NCBI GenBank assembly: GCA_043228905.1
Contig: JBHGNT010000005.1
Location: 3,286,001 to 3,350,000 of the forward strand
DNA length: 64,000 nucleotides
DNA from: Azolla caroliniana
Lineage: Eukaryota; Plantae; Polypodiophyta
Reading direction: 5' to 3'
The notes under the pieces: generated by a model
Told to the model about the DNA's origin: nothing
Databases searched by the model: none
Seen by the model: only the letters and a program-made list of their open reading frames with translations
Program-made: the position numbers and the translations under genes
Shown: positions 27,720 to 41,229 of the stretch, one piece after another
Position numbering within the stretch: the stretch's first letter is position 1
Layout: each line of letters starts with the position of its first letter

Positions 27720-28155
27720 AACTTCTTGAAGTAGATTTCATTATAGACGTCACCAATAGTGAGTACATTACTTCTTGAAGTAGATTTCGTCATATATTCT
27801 TGGAAACACATTGTGGCGCTACATGTGACAACAGAAATTTGATCTTCCATATACAACAGCAGCTAGACAAGAAACTGATAAACTTCTATGAAAAAGAAAC
27901 TAAAGCTTCTTAACATGTGACAACAATCACAGAATTTTGATTTTCCATAGATAACAGGTGTCCAAGAAACTGATAAGCTTTATGCTAGTTTTACAATGAG
28001 AAAGAAACTGATGCTTCTTATATTGGTCTTATAATGAAGAAACACAGGTCTTTGTTATTCAATATGAAACAACTGGGACTGAAGAAACTGATAAGCTTCT
28101 TATACGAGTTTTACAATGAAAAAACTAATATAGGAGACACGGCTTTACAATAAAA
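27720..28155. repeat. Degenerate minisatellite cluster
   Basis: ACTTCTTGAAGTAGATTTC x2, ACATGTGACAACA x2, AAGAAACTGAT(AA)GCTT-like units x4, GTTTTACAATGA x2. Confidence 0.75.
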
Positions 28156-28706
28156 ATGTTCTGTACTTCATTTTTGTTCATTGGCTTTTGTTTATTGCCT
28201 ACAACATCACATTGGTTCTACCCTGCATCTACATATTTGCTTTATGCCTACCTATGCTGTAATCAAGACTGATTATTTGTCCAATTGCATTGCCTATTAT
28301 ACTTCTTGAAGCATCCATAACTTGATGAACTTGGCATAAGTACGAGGCCCACAAGAAAACAGTATCTTTTAATGTCAAGAAATGTCATTACACATTGAAT
28401 ATATATAAATAGTCAATGTATTACGTTGCACTACCAATTCTATTCCACAATTCCTGAGAATGCAAAAATTTTGTTTCAGAATTAGTCCTGTAGTGTCAGT
28501 CATTAGATATAACTCATTTGTTTCCACAAAGATTACACCGTCGTCCCATACTGAAGGGAAGCCAAAAGAATGAGACAAAATTCCATACAACAGGCATCAA
28601 ATTCAATGATAGTGGTTTTTAATACAACCCTTATTAATCCCATACGTTTTCTTCCCAGCCATGTCTGTGCTAAAATCATTTTAAACTGCTTTCTACAAAT
28701 ATAAGT

Positions 28707-31700
28707 TCAAGTGAAAATTGTTACCACATCTCCTCTATACCCACGAACCGCAAGCAGCCTTGGAATGATATCAACAAGGACATCCATGTACTCCATATAG
28801 AAGCATGCTGGATGGAAAATGGGTGGAGGTGGAAGACTAACTAATACAACTGCTGCCATTCTAGAATACCTGAAAATGATAGAATTCAACGTTGAAGTTG
28901 TGTACAGAAATTTGTTTACCTGTTAATCACTGAAGACTAGACCTTGTTCCTTAACATGAGCTGACTTTCTCAACTCAACAGCTTCCAATGCTATTCGTGT
29001 TCTTGTTCTCAATAATGAATCCATGGACTCATCAGTTGCCAGTTTTGGCTCTTGATCTTCATTGAATGCATCCCAAGACTTCATTGTGACAACTACCACC
29101 TCTGATTTCATCCGGAGGTCATACAAAAACTTTCATACATCTGCCTTTAATTCTTCTGCTGATGTGTCTTCCTCAGCAATGAAGAAAACCTGAATTTTGC
29201 GGCTTTCAAAGCTGTCCTTAGAGCGAAGTAGTTTAGAAAGTAGGAGCATCAGGTTCCCATCCCTTACAATCCAGTACAGATCAATAGTACCATACAGCTT
29301 TTGAAATTCACCTGGCCACTCATCAAGACCCTTCACAATGACAACTGCCTTATTCGCAGTGATGCAGTCATCAATCATACTAACAAAATTCTCTGGGATG
29401 TCATGGGTACTATCCTCCCTCCAAATCTCTGGATACCTCATTACGAGTATGTTTGGCTTCAAATTTCCTAATCCCACTGTCTGCATGATGCCACGAAAAC
29501 CTTCCTGCATGTTTTTTGCCACAATTATCTCACCAAATCCTTCACAATCTTTGTCGTCAATATACGCATTTAAGAGTTTGCACACATGGCGTGCTTCCTC
29601 TGCTTTCCCATGGTAATCGCCATCCATGATAGACAAGAAGGTTGACATTTCACGACCTTTCTTTTTCATACAGTTTACAAAATCTGCAAGATTAGGGTGA
29701 CATGGTACATCCTGAGGTAAGCTACCCCATGGTCTACATATTACTAATGATATTGGATACCAGTTCTTGGGATGAACTTGATTAGCTGCAAGAAATGCAA
29801 TTCAAGCACATTAAACCCTCACAATGAAGATAAGATCCAGCACTGCGATGTAATTACCACTTAGATAGAGAGACCTTCAAGGGTATGTAAGCTTCTGAGC
29901 GCAAGTTGAAAGTAGGCACTTTTAAAACCATCACCCCAGTCGCCACCTTTTCATTTGATGCTCACACAGTAATAAAGAAGGCTTGCCAAAGACTGTGACA
30001 CAATAGTGAAAATCCATGATATCAAGAACATGATAGGTGTTGTCAATCATAAGACTGCATGATGAGCTTATCAAAATACAATACACATTTAGAAAGGAAA
30101 CCTTGAGCCCAAAGAAACTATTCTTACTCGAGCAAAGAAGGGCCACAACAAGTGAGAAACTCCAGTAATGGAACTTCCAACGAGGGCACCAACTTGGTGC
30201 ATACAGCAAATCGAGCAGAAAAGCATGACAACTTCACCCACCATAATCATCCCACCATCACACATGAGAAAAAACATAGTGATCACAGGTGTAATAAGAT
30301 CCAAATTTCCAAGGATAACGCAACAGGCACAGATAAACATTGTGAAAAAAGTTGCAAGATGTGGCTCCACACTGTCTGGTGCTTGAAAGTACTTCAGTAT
30401 TGGCAGTATATCATCGTTTGCAATTGCAGACTAGTTCCTGAAGCAGAAGGAGCTAGAATTCCTGTCACAGTTTCTGCAAAACAGGGAAGAAATAGTGAGC
30501 AACTAGTTTATGAATAATCAAGAATTCAAGGTTTATGAATGATTTCAATCACATCCCTTTTGAGGATGCATTAAGAGAAATATGTACAAAATTTTCACAG
30601 TACTCACACAAGTCATTATTCAACCTAAAAGAACTTATTGAGCTTAGATGGATTGAAATTATATCTTTAAAATATCTAGAACATAGACCGGTTCAAGGTA
30701 AAGAAGTCTCTGAAGTGGAAGCACCTCTAGTGTTGGGTAATAATAACCTCTGAAGTGCAGGCAAGGTCAAGGATAATGGTGGTGACAGGAAGCAACCAAT
30801 GAGCGATGGACAGATTACACTTCTGCCTAAGTGCTACAAGAGCAAGATGAAATATGAAAGATCCAGATTTTAGCGTAGAAAAAAAGTTCCAGAGTCCATG
30901 AAAAAAAAAATTTATGGTAAAATTTGTTCCAGATTTGAATGAGGATGCAAAATTACAGACAGGTATAATACTGAAAAAATTCAATTCAAGCAAAATCAAC
31001 AATTATGGTAACAGCATGAAGCAACCATGGAGTGATTGGACATGTTACAATTTTGGGGTTCTTGAGGGAAAAGGGAGACAAAAGGAGAAAAAAATTTGGT
31101 GCTTTGACTAGTCACATGCACGTTAACGTGTCTCAGCTAATGTCATGGCTTACCATCAAGTGTTGGTATTAAACCTTGCCCTGCAGAGCACTTTTGTCAT
31201 CAAGTTATGGAGTTTCCACTAAGTCAAGCCACATTATGTGTCTGTAGTTACAGTATCTATCTGCATGTATGTGCATGCAGTGGATGAAAAATCATACAGA
31301 GGAGATCAAATGTCCACTAAAAGGAAGGTTACAACCTAGAGAAACCCACTCATTGGTGGCCAAGATATATAGAAATGGATATAAAGATATCTAATATGAA
31401 ACATTTGCTTCATGGAGTCTTAAGATGCATGAAAGTATTCACATTTGTAAACATGTGCACATACAACGTATAGCTTGAAAATCAGCCTGTGTGAATGAAT
31501 ATAACCGCACAGACGAAATTAATTCAATATAAATCTTCATTTCTCAATACTAAAATTTAAAGGATTGCTCAGAAGTCAGTTTAACTAACAATAAACCATT
31601 TCAAAAGCAAAGAATAAATAACAAATTACAATACCTTTGAAAATGCCAGCTCCAGTGAAATCATCCATGAATGTCTCCACAGCTCCTAAAATGTACCTGC

Positions 31701-34540
31701 AAATCTGAGCATCCTCAATACTCACACCGAGTCTTGAGTTTACAGTGAGAAAGTGTAACTACTTACAGTGGTGCCCCGATAGCATTACCCAAGAAAAATC
31801 ACAAGCCAATGCTTACTCCAACCTCTGGGCCAAGTGCCCGACCAATCAAATAATATGGGCCACCCCCCTGTGTATGGAACTTACACAACTAAATCAGATC
31901 AAAAGGAATTAAATTGCAGAGTACGATTTGCAAAAAACGTAAACTATATATGGATGTATTTATTGATATATTGAAAGCTGATTGCATAATTCCATTGCAA
32001 TTTATCTTATAATTATGGAAATAGTAAACAGGAAATGAAATTTCAAAAATGCTAAAAAGGAAAGAAGATATGAGATAGAGGAAAAGAAAACATGAAGAAC
32101 CATGAAAATACTTTATAAGCTTGGCAAGGCTTGCCTGATGCGAAAGTACTCCAAAGATTAAAAAGAAAAGAAGAGTACTTAATATGCTTCATAAAAAATG
32201 GGTTCTAATTGATACTCGATCTACAATAAATGCAATTTCATTATAGTCTAAATATGATACAAAACTATATTCTAAAAGCATTCTGTAACAACTTTAGAAA
32301 GGCTAATGCTGACAATAAACATACAATAAATGCAATATGTGTATAATGTAAATGATTACATGCCTGTTTTCTAAATCCATTTTCTTGTGATATTGACTGT
32401 TTTTCATTACCAAAAGCTGACCAGTCTGCTAAAAATATCTGCATTGCTAAGCGTATAAAACTTTTTAAAGACATTGATATTTGATTCTTAAATCAAATCC
32501 GTTAATATGAAAATGGGATAAACATGTAATGCCATTTAATAAGATCGTCCTAATCTTAGAGTTAAATAATAAAATTGCTTTAGCAATTGTTATGAAAACC
32601 TTGACTTTAAATTACCTTCATGGCTTTATTGGTAGCAATAGCACTAAGTGAGAGGCCAGTGAGAAGGGTGCACATACAACATAAAATAACCAGAATTAAG
32701 GAGTGCCACACACCAACTATGCCAACAATCCTACAAAAGTAAAAGTAACTTATAAGGTTAACGATATAATTTGTTAAAATAACAATGAAAAACGGATGTA
32801 GAAAATGATACCCAGTATATTGTGCAAGAATGGAACAAAAACTCCCATCATTGTTCCCAGTTTTGCAACTCTACTCTGTATAATTAAGAGAACATCTGAA
32901 AAAAGTCAAGATGCATCTGATATCATAGTATTTATGCATGCAAAACCCCATCTGTAGTTTAGATATTCGATAACTGACCAGACGTCACTATTTTAATTTA
33001 TTGGATTGTAAAACACAAAAAATGTTAATTTTCATGATAAAAATAGTCAAGATGGATTATTTACTTCTCATCACCATCAAAGTAACTAATCAATGGCGCT
33101 CATTCAATGTGTAGAAGAACAGAAACAAAGAAATTACCAGGTGTTCTCCAAGAGTTATGGCAATATCTTCACCATCTCTTGAGCTACCTGATAGAATATG
33201 TTGTTGTCCTGCCATGCTGCAAAGGATATTAGCAATCAATTTTGAGCTGAATAACCATTGAACATCACCACCATAGTGATATATTCAAGCCAAGGAAAAT
33301 GACATTGCACATCTCCATCAGCTTATTATAGCTGAAACTTGCTGCATTCTACAAACGCACCCCCTAGGAAAATACAGACAGTGATTGTGTGATCTTCCAT
33401 TGTTGTGCAAATCCATATAGCCCTACTAATCAATGCATACCTTCTTGATCCTAGAATATTCACTAGAGAATCGAAGCTGAAAAGCTCCAATTTAGACTCT
33501 TCACCAGGACAGCTGAAATCTGATATGTAGGGGAAGGCCCGCCCTGTATGTCCTCGTATTGAGATTCACCATTCAGGGTAGTGCTTGATAGTTTACGTAC
33601 CACCAACCTGTATGAAGATAGAAAAGGAAAATCATTTATTTCTAGGTTTAAAACATCTGATGGTATCATTAATTTTCCGCTGTGTAATCTTCTGTTTAGA
33701 GTAAGCTTGTTTGTTGGATCTTCTCTAAATCCAATTGTCCACCGCCTGTGGCTTTCAAAGCATTTGATGGACCAAGTATATCACATTCTTCTTTCTGCAC
33801 TTTCTTCCATTTTGGTTAAGATTATATTTTGGTCTTCCCTTTGACTTTACAGCTAAGACGCGTTATTAGGCTTTCCACATGTTTCTTTCTCTCAATTTTC
33901 TTCACTTTAGACTAATACTAAGTATTGGATATTCCTTCTTTTTTAATTCAAACTGAAACCAAGAGTTTGGATCATATGTTTTCAAATGTTTTTCTCTGAA
34001 TTTTATTCCATTTAAAGCCAAACTGTGTTGCATCTTGCCTTTGATTTTAAACCTCAATGTCATTGTCCACAGCTTAGCTTTTTCGAAGCATCTAATAATA
34101 TATCCTTAGACAAGATGTTTTCTTTCATTTAGACAAGTAAACTAGATCATATTATCTGCAGCAAAGTGTTAGCCAAATATTTACAATGAGACTATGTACT
34201 GGATCTTCCTTCTTTAGAATTTAAACCTAAATCATCTCCACAACTTAAGGTTTTCAAAGCATCTAGTGGTATATCATGTTCTTTTCTCAAAAAAACCTTC
34301 TTTTCCAACTAAGATCATGTGTTGGATGTTATCTTGTATTTATAGCTAAACTGAAACCCATCCCAAATTTTCGGGTTTCAAAAACGTTATGTGTGGGATC
34401 TTCCTTTTCTTCGAATTTCAAGCAAGAACAAAGTGAGAAAAAGCACACACCTGGGGGGGAGCAGAGGTCACGTTAGTGAGAATAGGAGGCGGATGAGGGA
34501 GAGTTAGGGTTAGGGTTTCATCGCTCTTTCCGTCATCCAT
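28707..34540 (-). pseudogene. CCC1: Cation-chloride cotransporter (CCC1/SLC12 family) pseudogene with introns
   Basis: Exons encode SKLELFSFDSLVNILG, KLGTMMGVFVP..NILGII, LSAIATN, GGGPYYLIGRALGPEVGVSIGL*FFLGN, YILGAVETF, AIANDDILP, GDWGDGFKSAYFQLALRSL, QVHPKNWYP, GLGNLKPNI, IDLYWIVRDG and VRGYRGDVVTIFT*. At least four in-frame stops, frameshifts near 30220-30250, a lost acceptor near 30035 and a large deletion near 30430. Confidence 0.93.
33630..34425. repeat. Highly degenerate tandem repeats filling CCC1 intron 1
   Basis: A recurring GT.TTGGATCTT..CTT...ATT.AAAC..AAA.C block at about 33712, 33922, 34025, 34196, 34319 and 34392, and a TTTC(A/G)AAGCAT.T block at about 33752, 34081 and 34252. 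Confidence 0.55.
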
Positions 34541-36065
34541 CTGTGATAGACTGAACTGAATGAATGAGATGTCAGTCACGTAAGGAAAACTGACTGATAG
34601 GTGTCTTGGGGAAATAGTGAAAAAACTGGGTGGCAGTTAGAGAAATAAAGCAAAACTCAGGGGTATTTTCCGAATTTTCCCCTCTACATATTAATTGTAT
34701 TGTATGCACAAATTTCTTCCACTTTAGCGATTGAACTTCGCACTGATAAATCATAAAACCAAATTCTTCCTTCATCCATCACCTCCTCCTGCCTTTTGTG
34801 TACCATAATTGCCAACTCTTAAGAAGTTTGAGTATCATGTTTTTACACAAGTATATTGACATCCACAGCCAAAGCTCCTAATGTCTCTTTTGCTTCATGC
34901 TCACACCAGTTTCATGAGCTTGTTTTCGCCTTCTATATCACAATACCATGATTTTGGGTGGTTCGAGTATTATGTTTTGCAAGAGTAGATTCTTCCACCT
35001 TTTGTGATCAAATCGTGTATGGTCCATCAAGCTCTTTAATTTGTTCAACCTAGGCCCCGCTTGAGGTCATTGTTGCCTTTTTATTCGTGTGTTGCTCGCT
35101 TTGCAAACTTATGTGCTCGATGTGACTCATTTAGAACAACATTTCATTTGATTGTTTCATAGTGTCGAATATCAAAGAATATAGCTTTGTTAAAGCATTC
35201 TTGAAGAATGTTCGCTTTAACTTCATACCCAAATAAATGCTCAAAAAGTTTGCATGTTATGTTTTGATGAATAATATCACATCCAAAGCAACTTCTCTTG
35301 TGTCGTTGCAAATTGTTTCACACATTTTATTTGTAGGAATCTCTTCTCCCTAGTCCTTGATTGGACCTAGGTACCATGTTTTCTAGCTCATAAGCTTGGA
35401 TGCTTGTCCGATTTTAGTAGAGGTATTATATTATATTAATGACTTTTAAGTATCTCATCCTCCCAAATCTTTTTTATCTCACTTCAAACATGGATCAAAT
35501 GAGTTATTTTCCCAATGTTTTATACAATAATGATTTTACAATTGTTGCCCAATAATGGAATGCAATTTAATCTACCCTATGGTAGATTGATTGCCTTCTT
35601 CATTGGTTTACATAAATAAGAGCGTATATTTAACCTTGTCCCATGAACGATTTGGTTGGCATTATTGTGAAGTAGGAATTGCCAAGTGTTGTATTGCTCA
35701 CCACAAAGAAGGGACATGGGTGGAGCCAAACTTCACATTGGGCAATATTCTTAAAACCATTTCGTTGGGAACAGAAGTCACCAAGTACTATATAGCTCGC
35801 AACCGACGAGGAAAATAAGTTGGGATTAGATATCCATGGGGCATGTTAATTAGACCCCCATAGGAGTGATGCCACCATATTAATATAGGTTAGTAAGGGG
35901 GGAGGAACCAATGGTTCACAGTGACACAATGGGTGGATGTGCTTGAAAGTGTCGTTCTTTGTATGATTATTGACGGTAAATATACATATTGGTTTTACAC
36001 AATCCGGCAGGCTGCAGTTTCCTTTCTAGGACAACTCATGATTTGCGTTCACATCATCTAAAGTT

Positions 36066-36318
36066 TAGTACGTAATATACTCGAATGCATTGGCAAACAC
36101 TCGGTTCATACGATTACGTATGTTATCAAAACATTCTTATGTTTTTTTTTAATACTTTTTACCTTAACTTTCTTACCTCAAATTTTTTTTTTTTACCTTA
36201 TGACTTATAATAAATAATGAATACAAAAGTATGGTATTTACTATTGACCATACTCGGAGGGCGGCGTTTATCATTCTCGAATGCGAAGGAACGTATGGTA
36301 CGTATGGTTCATACTATG
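36066..36318. mobile_element. Second copy of the 25671-25942 MITE family
   Basis: Shares TAGTACGTAA, AAACATTCTT, CAAAAGTATGGTATTTA and an identical right end ACGTATGGTACGTATGGTTCATACTATG. The left TIR is eroded and there is no TSD. Confidence 0.75.
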
Positions 36319-36357
36319 AGATTCTAAACTAATTAATATCGACGTTCTCTCCATGTC

Positions 36358-39300
36358 ATGTCTCTTTTACGCAGAAGACCCACACAGAGCGTCGGCTATG
36401 GCAATCTTCCACACTGTCCTCTCACCGTTGACCTCGCATGGTTTTGCTTTCCCTGCTCCCTCCCTCCTTCCTGCACCATCTCCCACTTCTCCGCGTTCGG
36501 GGATGGTGATCTGAATCGCCTCGAATCCCTGAGCTTAGAAGATGCCATTTCCTCCTTGGAACAGAGCTTACATATACCATCTATCGATGAATTCATCTTC
36601 GCACTCCACAAATGCAGAGAACGGAAATCTTCAGGCGTGGCCAAGAGAGCTCACAAACAGCTTCTTCTCCATGGATTGGAATGCCACACAGAGGTAGGAA
36701 ATCACCTTGTCCCTATGCTTGTTGAGTGTGGTTGTATTCTCGTAGCTCAGAAAGTGTCCAATAGATTGATCAAAAGGAACGAACATTCATGGACTTACCA
36801 CATCCTGGGTTATGTCCATAACGATGAACCAAGATATGCCCTTTATCTGTTCAAGAAAATGCAAGAAGATTCAGTAGACCCTAATAGAATCACATTCCAA
36901 GCTATTGTTAAGGCATGTAGTAGAATTAAAGTATCAAATCCGGTTGGCAAGTTCACTGCGAGATTGTGAAAGAGGGGGTGGAAAATGATCCTTTCATTGC
37001 AAGTACTTTGCTTGATATGTGTGCAAAGGGTGAGTCTCTTATAGAAGCTCAATTTGTGTTCGATGAGTTATCTGTTCGAGATACAGTCACATGGACAACA
37101 TTGCTTTCTGCTTATTCAGACCATGGTCTTGGAGAGAAAGCATTGATTTGTTTGGATAAAATGCAGCTTGATGGAATCATTCCTGATGATGTAACTTTTA
37201 TTTGTAGCTTGAAAGCTTGTGCAAATATCCGAGAGATAGAGAAAGGATGTCAAATACATATGGAACTTGCTAAAAAGGGTCTAGAGAGAAAACCTCTCAT
37301 CAATAGTGCCTTGCTCGGTTTGTTTGGAAAATGTGGTTGGATTCTCGAATCACAATTTACCTTTGATGAGTACCCTATATTGGATGTGGTCTCATGGATG
37401 GCACTTATCACTGGGTATGTTCAGTGTGGACTTGCTTTAGAAGTAATACACTGTTTTGAAAAGTTGCAACTGAAGGGTGTAACTCCTGATTCTGTTACAT
37501 ATCTTTGTATCTTGAAAGCTTGTGGAAGCATAGAGGCAATAGACAAAGGAAGGGATGTGCATGGTGAAGTCGTGAAAGAAGGCTTCGAGAATGATATCTT
37601 TATTGGGAACTCTCTGGTAGATATATATTCAAGGTGTGGTTTGTTCATCGAAGCTCACGAAGTGCTAGATAAACTGCTAACTAGAGATGTAATCTCATGG
37701 AATTCAGTAATGGCTGGGTATATGGATCACGATCTTGCAGAGGAAGTGATGGAATGTCTAGAACAGATGATTCTCGAATGTATTGCACCTAATGCCATAA
37801 CATTTGTATGTATTTTGAAAGCTTGTGCCAGTTTGAGAGCAATTAGCAAGGGCCAAAAAATACACAAGACTATTTTAGAAGATGGAATTGATGGAGACTC
37901 TGTCATTGGAAATACTTTAATAGAGTTCTATGCAAAGTGTGGCTTCTTTTTAGAGGCAAAAGATGTGTTTAGTGAGCTTTCAGAAAGGAGTATAATGAGT
38001 TGGAATGCCATGGCTTCCGGATATGCTGAACATGGTCTTTTTGAGGAAGTGTTTGACATCTTTATGAAGATGCAACTGGAGGGGGAATCTCCTGATGCTA
38101 TTATGTTTATCCGCCTCTTGAAAGGATGTGTGCACCTTTAATCTGCAGAGAATGGTCAATTTATACATGCTGAGATTGCTCTGGAGGAATATGAAAATAA
38201 CTCTTTTGTTGTTAGTTCCTTGATAGACATGTATGCCAAATGTGGTATGCTTGTCGAAGCCCGCGAAGTTCTTGAAGAGCATGACCAAAGTGTTGTGTCA
38301 TGGAACGCTCTCATTACAGGTTATTTGGAACACGAACATTCAGAGGAGGTATTGAGATTGTCAGAAAAGATGTGTGCAAAGAGCATACATTTGGACGTGA
38401 CTACTTTTATATGTTCTTTAAAAGCTTGTGCTAGCTTAGGGGCCAAATACATGGGCTATGAGTTTCACATGGGGATATGCAAAAGAGGATTTGAAGGGGA
38501 TATTTCTATTGGAAGCATGCTGGTGGACATGTATGCAAAATCTAGCTCTCTAAACGAGGCAGAGCATATTTTCGACACACTTCAGCTTAGGAACACAATC
38601 TCATGGACGGCATTACTCTCAGCATATTCGGATCAAGGATTCTCCGAGGAAGCATTGTATTGCTTTGAAGACATGATGTTGGAAGGAGTGTGTCCTGATG
38701 TTGTTACATATATTTGTAGCTTGAAGGCATGTGGCAGCGTAGGAGCAATATATAAAGCTCAAGAACTTCATTGTGAAATCTCAAAGGAGGAGCTTGAGGA
38801 GGATCCTTATGTTGGAAATAGTTTGGTGGATATGTATGCCAAATGTGGTGCACTGGAAGAGGCACAAGAAGTATTTGAGGAAGTAGGTGTTCGGACTTTA
38901 GTATCATGGAGCTCACTAATGGCAGGATATGCATGTCAAGGTAAAAGTAAGTCGGTTTTTAGTTTGTTGGATCGAATGAGCATAGACAATTTGAAACCAG
39001 ATAAGGTTATATTTCTTAGTGTACTCAGTGTTTGTAGCCATGTAGGCCTTGTGGAAGAAGGTAATTTCTATTTTGAATTTATGAACAATAATTATGGAAT
39101 ATTCCCAATGAATGAACATCAAAATTGTATGATTGATTTACTTGGGCGTGCAGGTCAACTCCCAGAGGCAGTGGCAATGTTAGAAACTATGCCTTTTCAG
39201 CCTGATCACGTAACCTGGAACAGTATATTGGGTGCTTGTCAAAAATGGGGTGATCCAAACCTTGCCAAACACGTGTTCAATCATGCTCTTGGTTTGGATG

Positions 39301-39404
39301 AAAGACGAGCTTCTTTGTTCATCGCTATGTCAAACATTTATACAGATTTTTGCATATTTGATGACAAGATATCAGCATTTATTTCACTTAGTGGAGGAGA
39401 GTAG
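36358..39404 (+). pseudogene. Intronless PLS-class PPR gene with E domain (no DYW), disabled or mis-assembled
   Basis: About 8 PLS triplets (LVDMYAKCG...VSWNALI..Y...M..EG..PD..TF...LKAC) and an E region CMIDLLGRAGQL...MPFQPDHVTWNSILGAC...MSNIY. There is a 1-nt frameshift at about 36920 and an in-frame TAA at 38139-38141. The probable true start is ATG 36398, which needs a further frameshift at about 36500. Confidence 0.9.
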
Positions 39405-40761
39405 GGAAATAATTGTTGAAGGAGGTGTATTAATTGACAAGATGGACTCCATGCTGAACAACACAGTGGCCATCCGTCTACCCATTGATTAACCCTTGGG
39501 CTACACTTGACCCCTAAACCTCGGGAATTTCCTAGTATCCTTATTCTTGCCCGCACTTGATATTATATAACTTAGCAAATCCTTGCTGGAAATTTGACGA
39601 GAATGCAAATAAAGATGTTTTACCAACTTCAAAGTTGATGAGGCAAACATATATTTTGAGGTCAAGATGAGTCAACAGCAATCAATAACCCTTGATTTAT
39701 GCTGAAGGGCAAAGAACACCACAAGTACACCATGGACAAGGAAAATGTTCATACTGATGGAAATATAAAAAAATAAAAAAATAATATCAACCAATGAACG
39801 CCTAATCATAACAATATATGGAGGAGGTAATTGCACAATTGGGAGTAAGAGCAGGAAGAGAACTGTGCAAATGTTGTGAAGAGAATATTTGAAATTCCTT
39901 TCACAAAGAACCCGTTACAAACCACGTGTTTTCAAAAGATATTTGAAACTTTAGTTTTGAGTGTTTCATTTCTATGCATGTCTAATTGCTTCTTGGACAT
40001 TGCTAAAATTTTGCATTAAAACTTCATTTTTAAACACAATTATTGGGCATTTCAATCTACCCACTTTAGTGTCCACATAAATCGATCCCGTCCCCTTTGA
40101 CTACACTTAGTTCTCAATATTACAAACACAACTCAATGTTCCTCGAGTTCTAGAATCAACTTCTCATAATTTGTCCAGCACATTTGAGCATTCCTCCACA
40201 AGGCATGCAAACCCAAATCTATCAACTTCCCATAATGACATAATTTCTCTATTTCTTATTCAACCAAATCCATGAACACCTTCTTGCCTCATCCAAACTA
40301 GAAGATTCAAACTCTTGACATTTGTGTTTGCAATCTTGGGCCCGCGGCTTTGTTTATTACATTTGTGGTAGCTCCCATTAAAAGGTTTCTTCGACTTTTT
40401 GCTATCCTATACTCGTCACCATTTAGTTGATGTGAGTTATTGTGACTACATTGTATGGAATGTATAGGCAAAATGTTAGGTCATTGGGATAGAGGATGAT
40501 AATATGGGTAGAGAGGAATTTGTTCTAGCACGGGGTTGGTGTAGACAAGAATGTAAGTTACATGGATAGAGGATAATCTATTATTGAAACAAATTGCTAA
40601 TATATTTGTTGTTTACTTTTGGAACATACGTGATGTGATTAATTACCACGAGGCTTTGAGAAAGTGTAGGCAAGTAAACCACGTCAATAGGAATTGAGGA
40701 TCAAGGGCACACCATTTTTTCATTGACAAGTACAAGATGGGGGGGGGGGTAGTAGCATCAC

Positions 40762-41229
40762 TAACAATTGACAACGGTTCGGTTTGAGAGGGTCCAAACT
40801 GAACCATTTACAAATGTTGAAACTTGAACCAAACCGTTAAACATTTTTCAAACCGTAAAACCGCGGTTTCATGGTTCGGTTTCGGTTTTCAACATAGGTC
40901 TAATTTTTAATTTTTTAATTTTTTAAATTTATAATATTTCATTTTTTAAATTTTTTTAAATTTTTAAGATGTTCCTAAAATGTGAGAATAAGGTCTAAAA
41001 ATGCAAAGATTGTTTAAACAAATTTTAAAATTTTATAGATTTTTTTTAGAATTTTTAATTAAAAAAAACAAAACCGTTACATCGTTTAAATTGCGTTTTT
41101 TGACTATTGAAACCGAACCGAACCGTTTTAAAAAACCTAAACCTGAACCGAACCGTTGAAACTGTTAAGCCGTTAAACCACGGTTTCCTGGGTTCGGTTC
41201 GGTTCAAATCAAAGCGTTGCCAATTGTTA
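40762..41229. mobile_element. hAT-type MITE, 468 bp
   Basis: TIRs TAACAATTG(A/G)CAACG.TT.G.TTTGA, perfect 8-bp TSD AGCATCAC (40754-40761 and 41230-41237), many AACCG/CGGTT subterminal repeats and an AT-rich core. Confidence 0.9.

Noticed and set aside
28707-31870. U-to-C editing rescue of CCC1 stops, since TGA at 29133 and TAA at 28923 could be CGA/CAA as in fern organelles
   Set aside because: Other stops replace Gly and Cys codons, and there are frameshifts, a lost acceptor and a large deletion. The gene is nuclear with spliceosomal introns.
34504-34518. TTAGGG repeats (also near 1314 and 57880)
   Set aside because: Only about two units each. These are telobox-sized, not interstitial telomere arrays.
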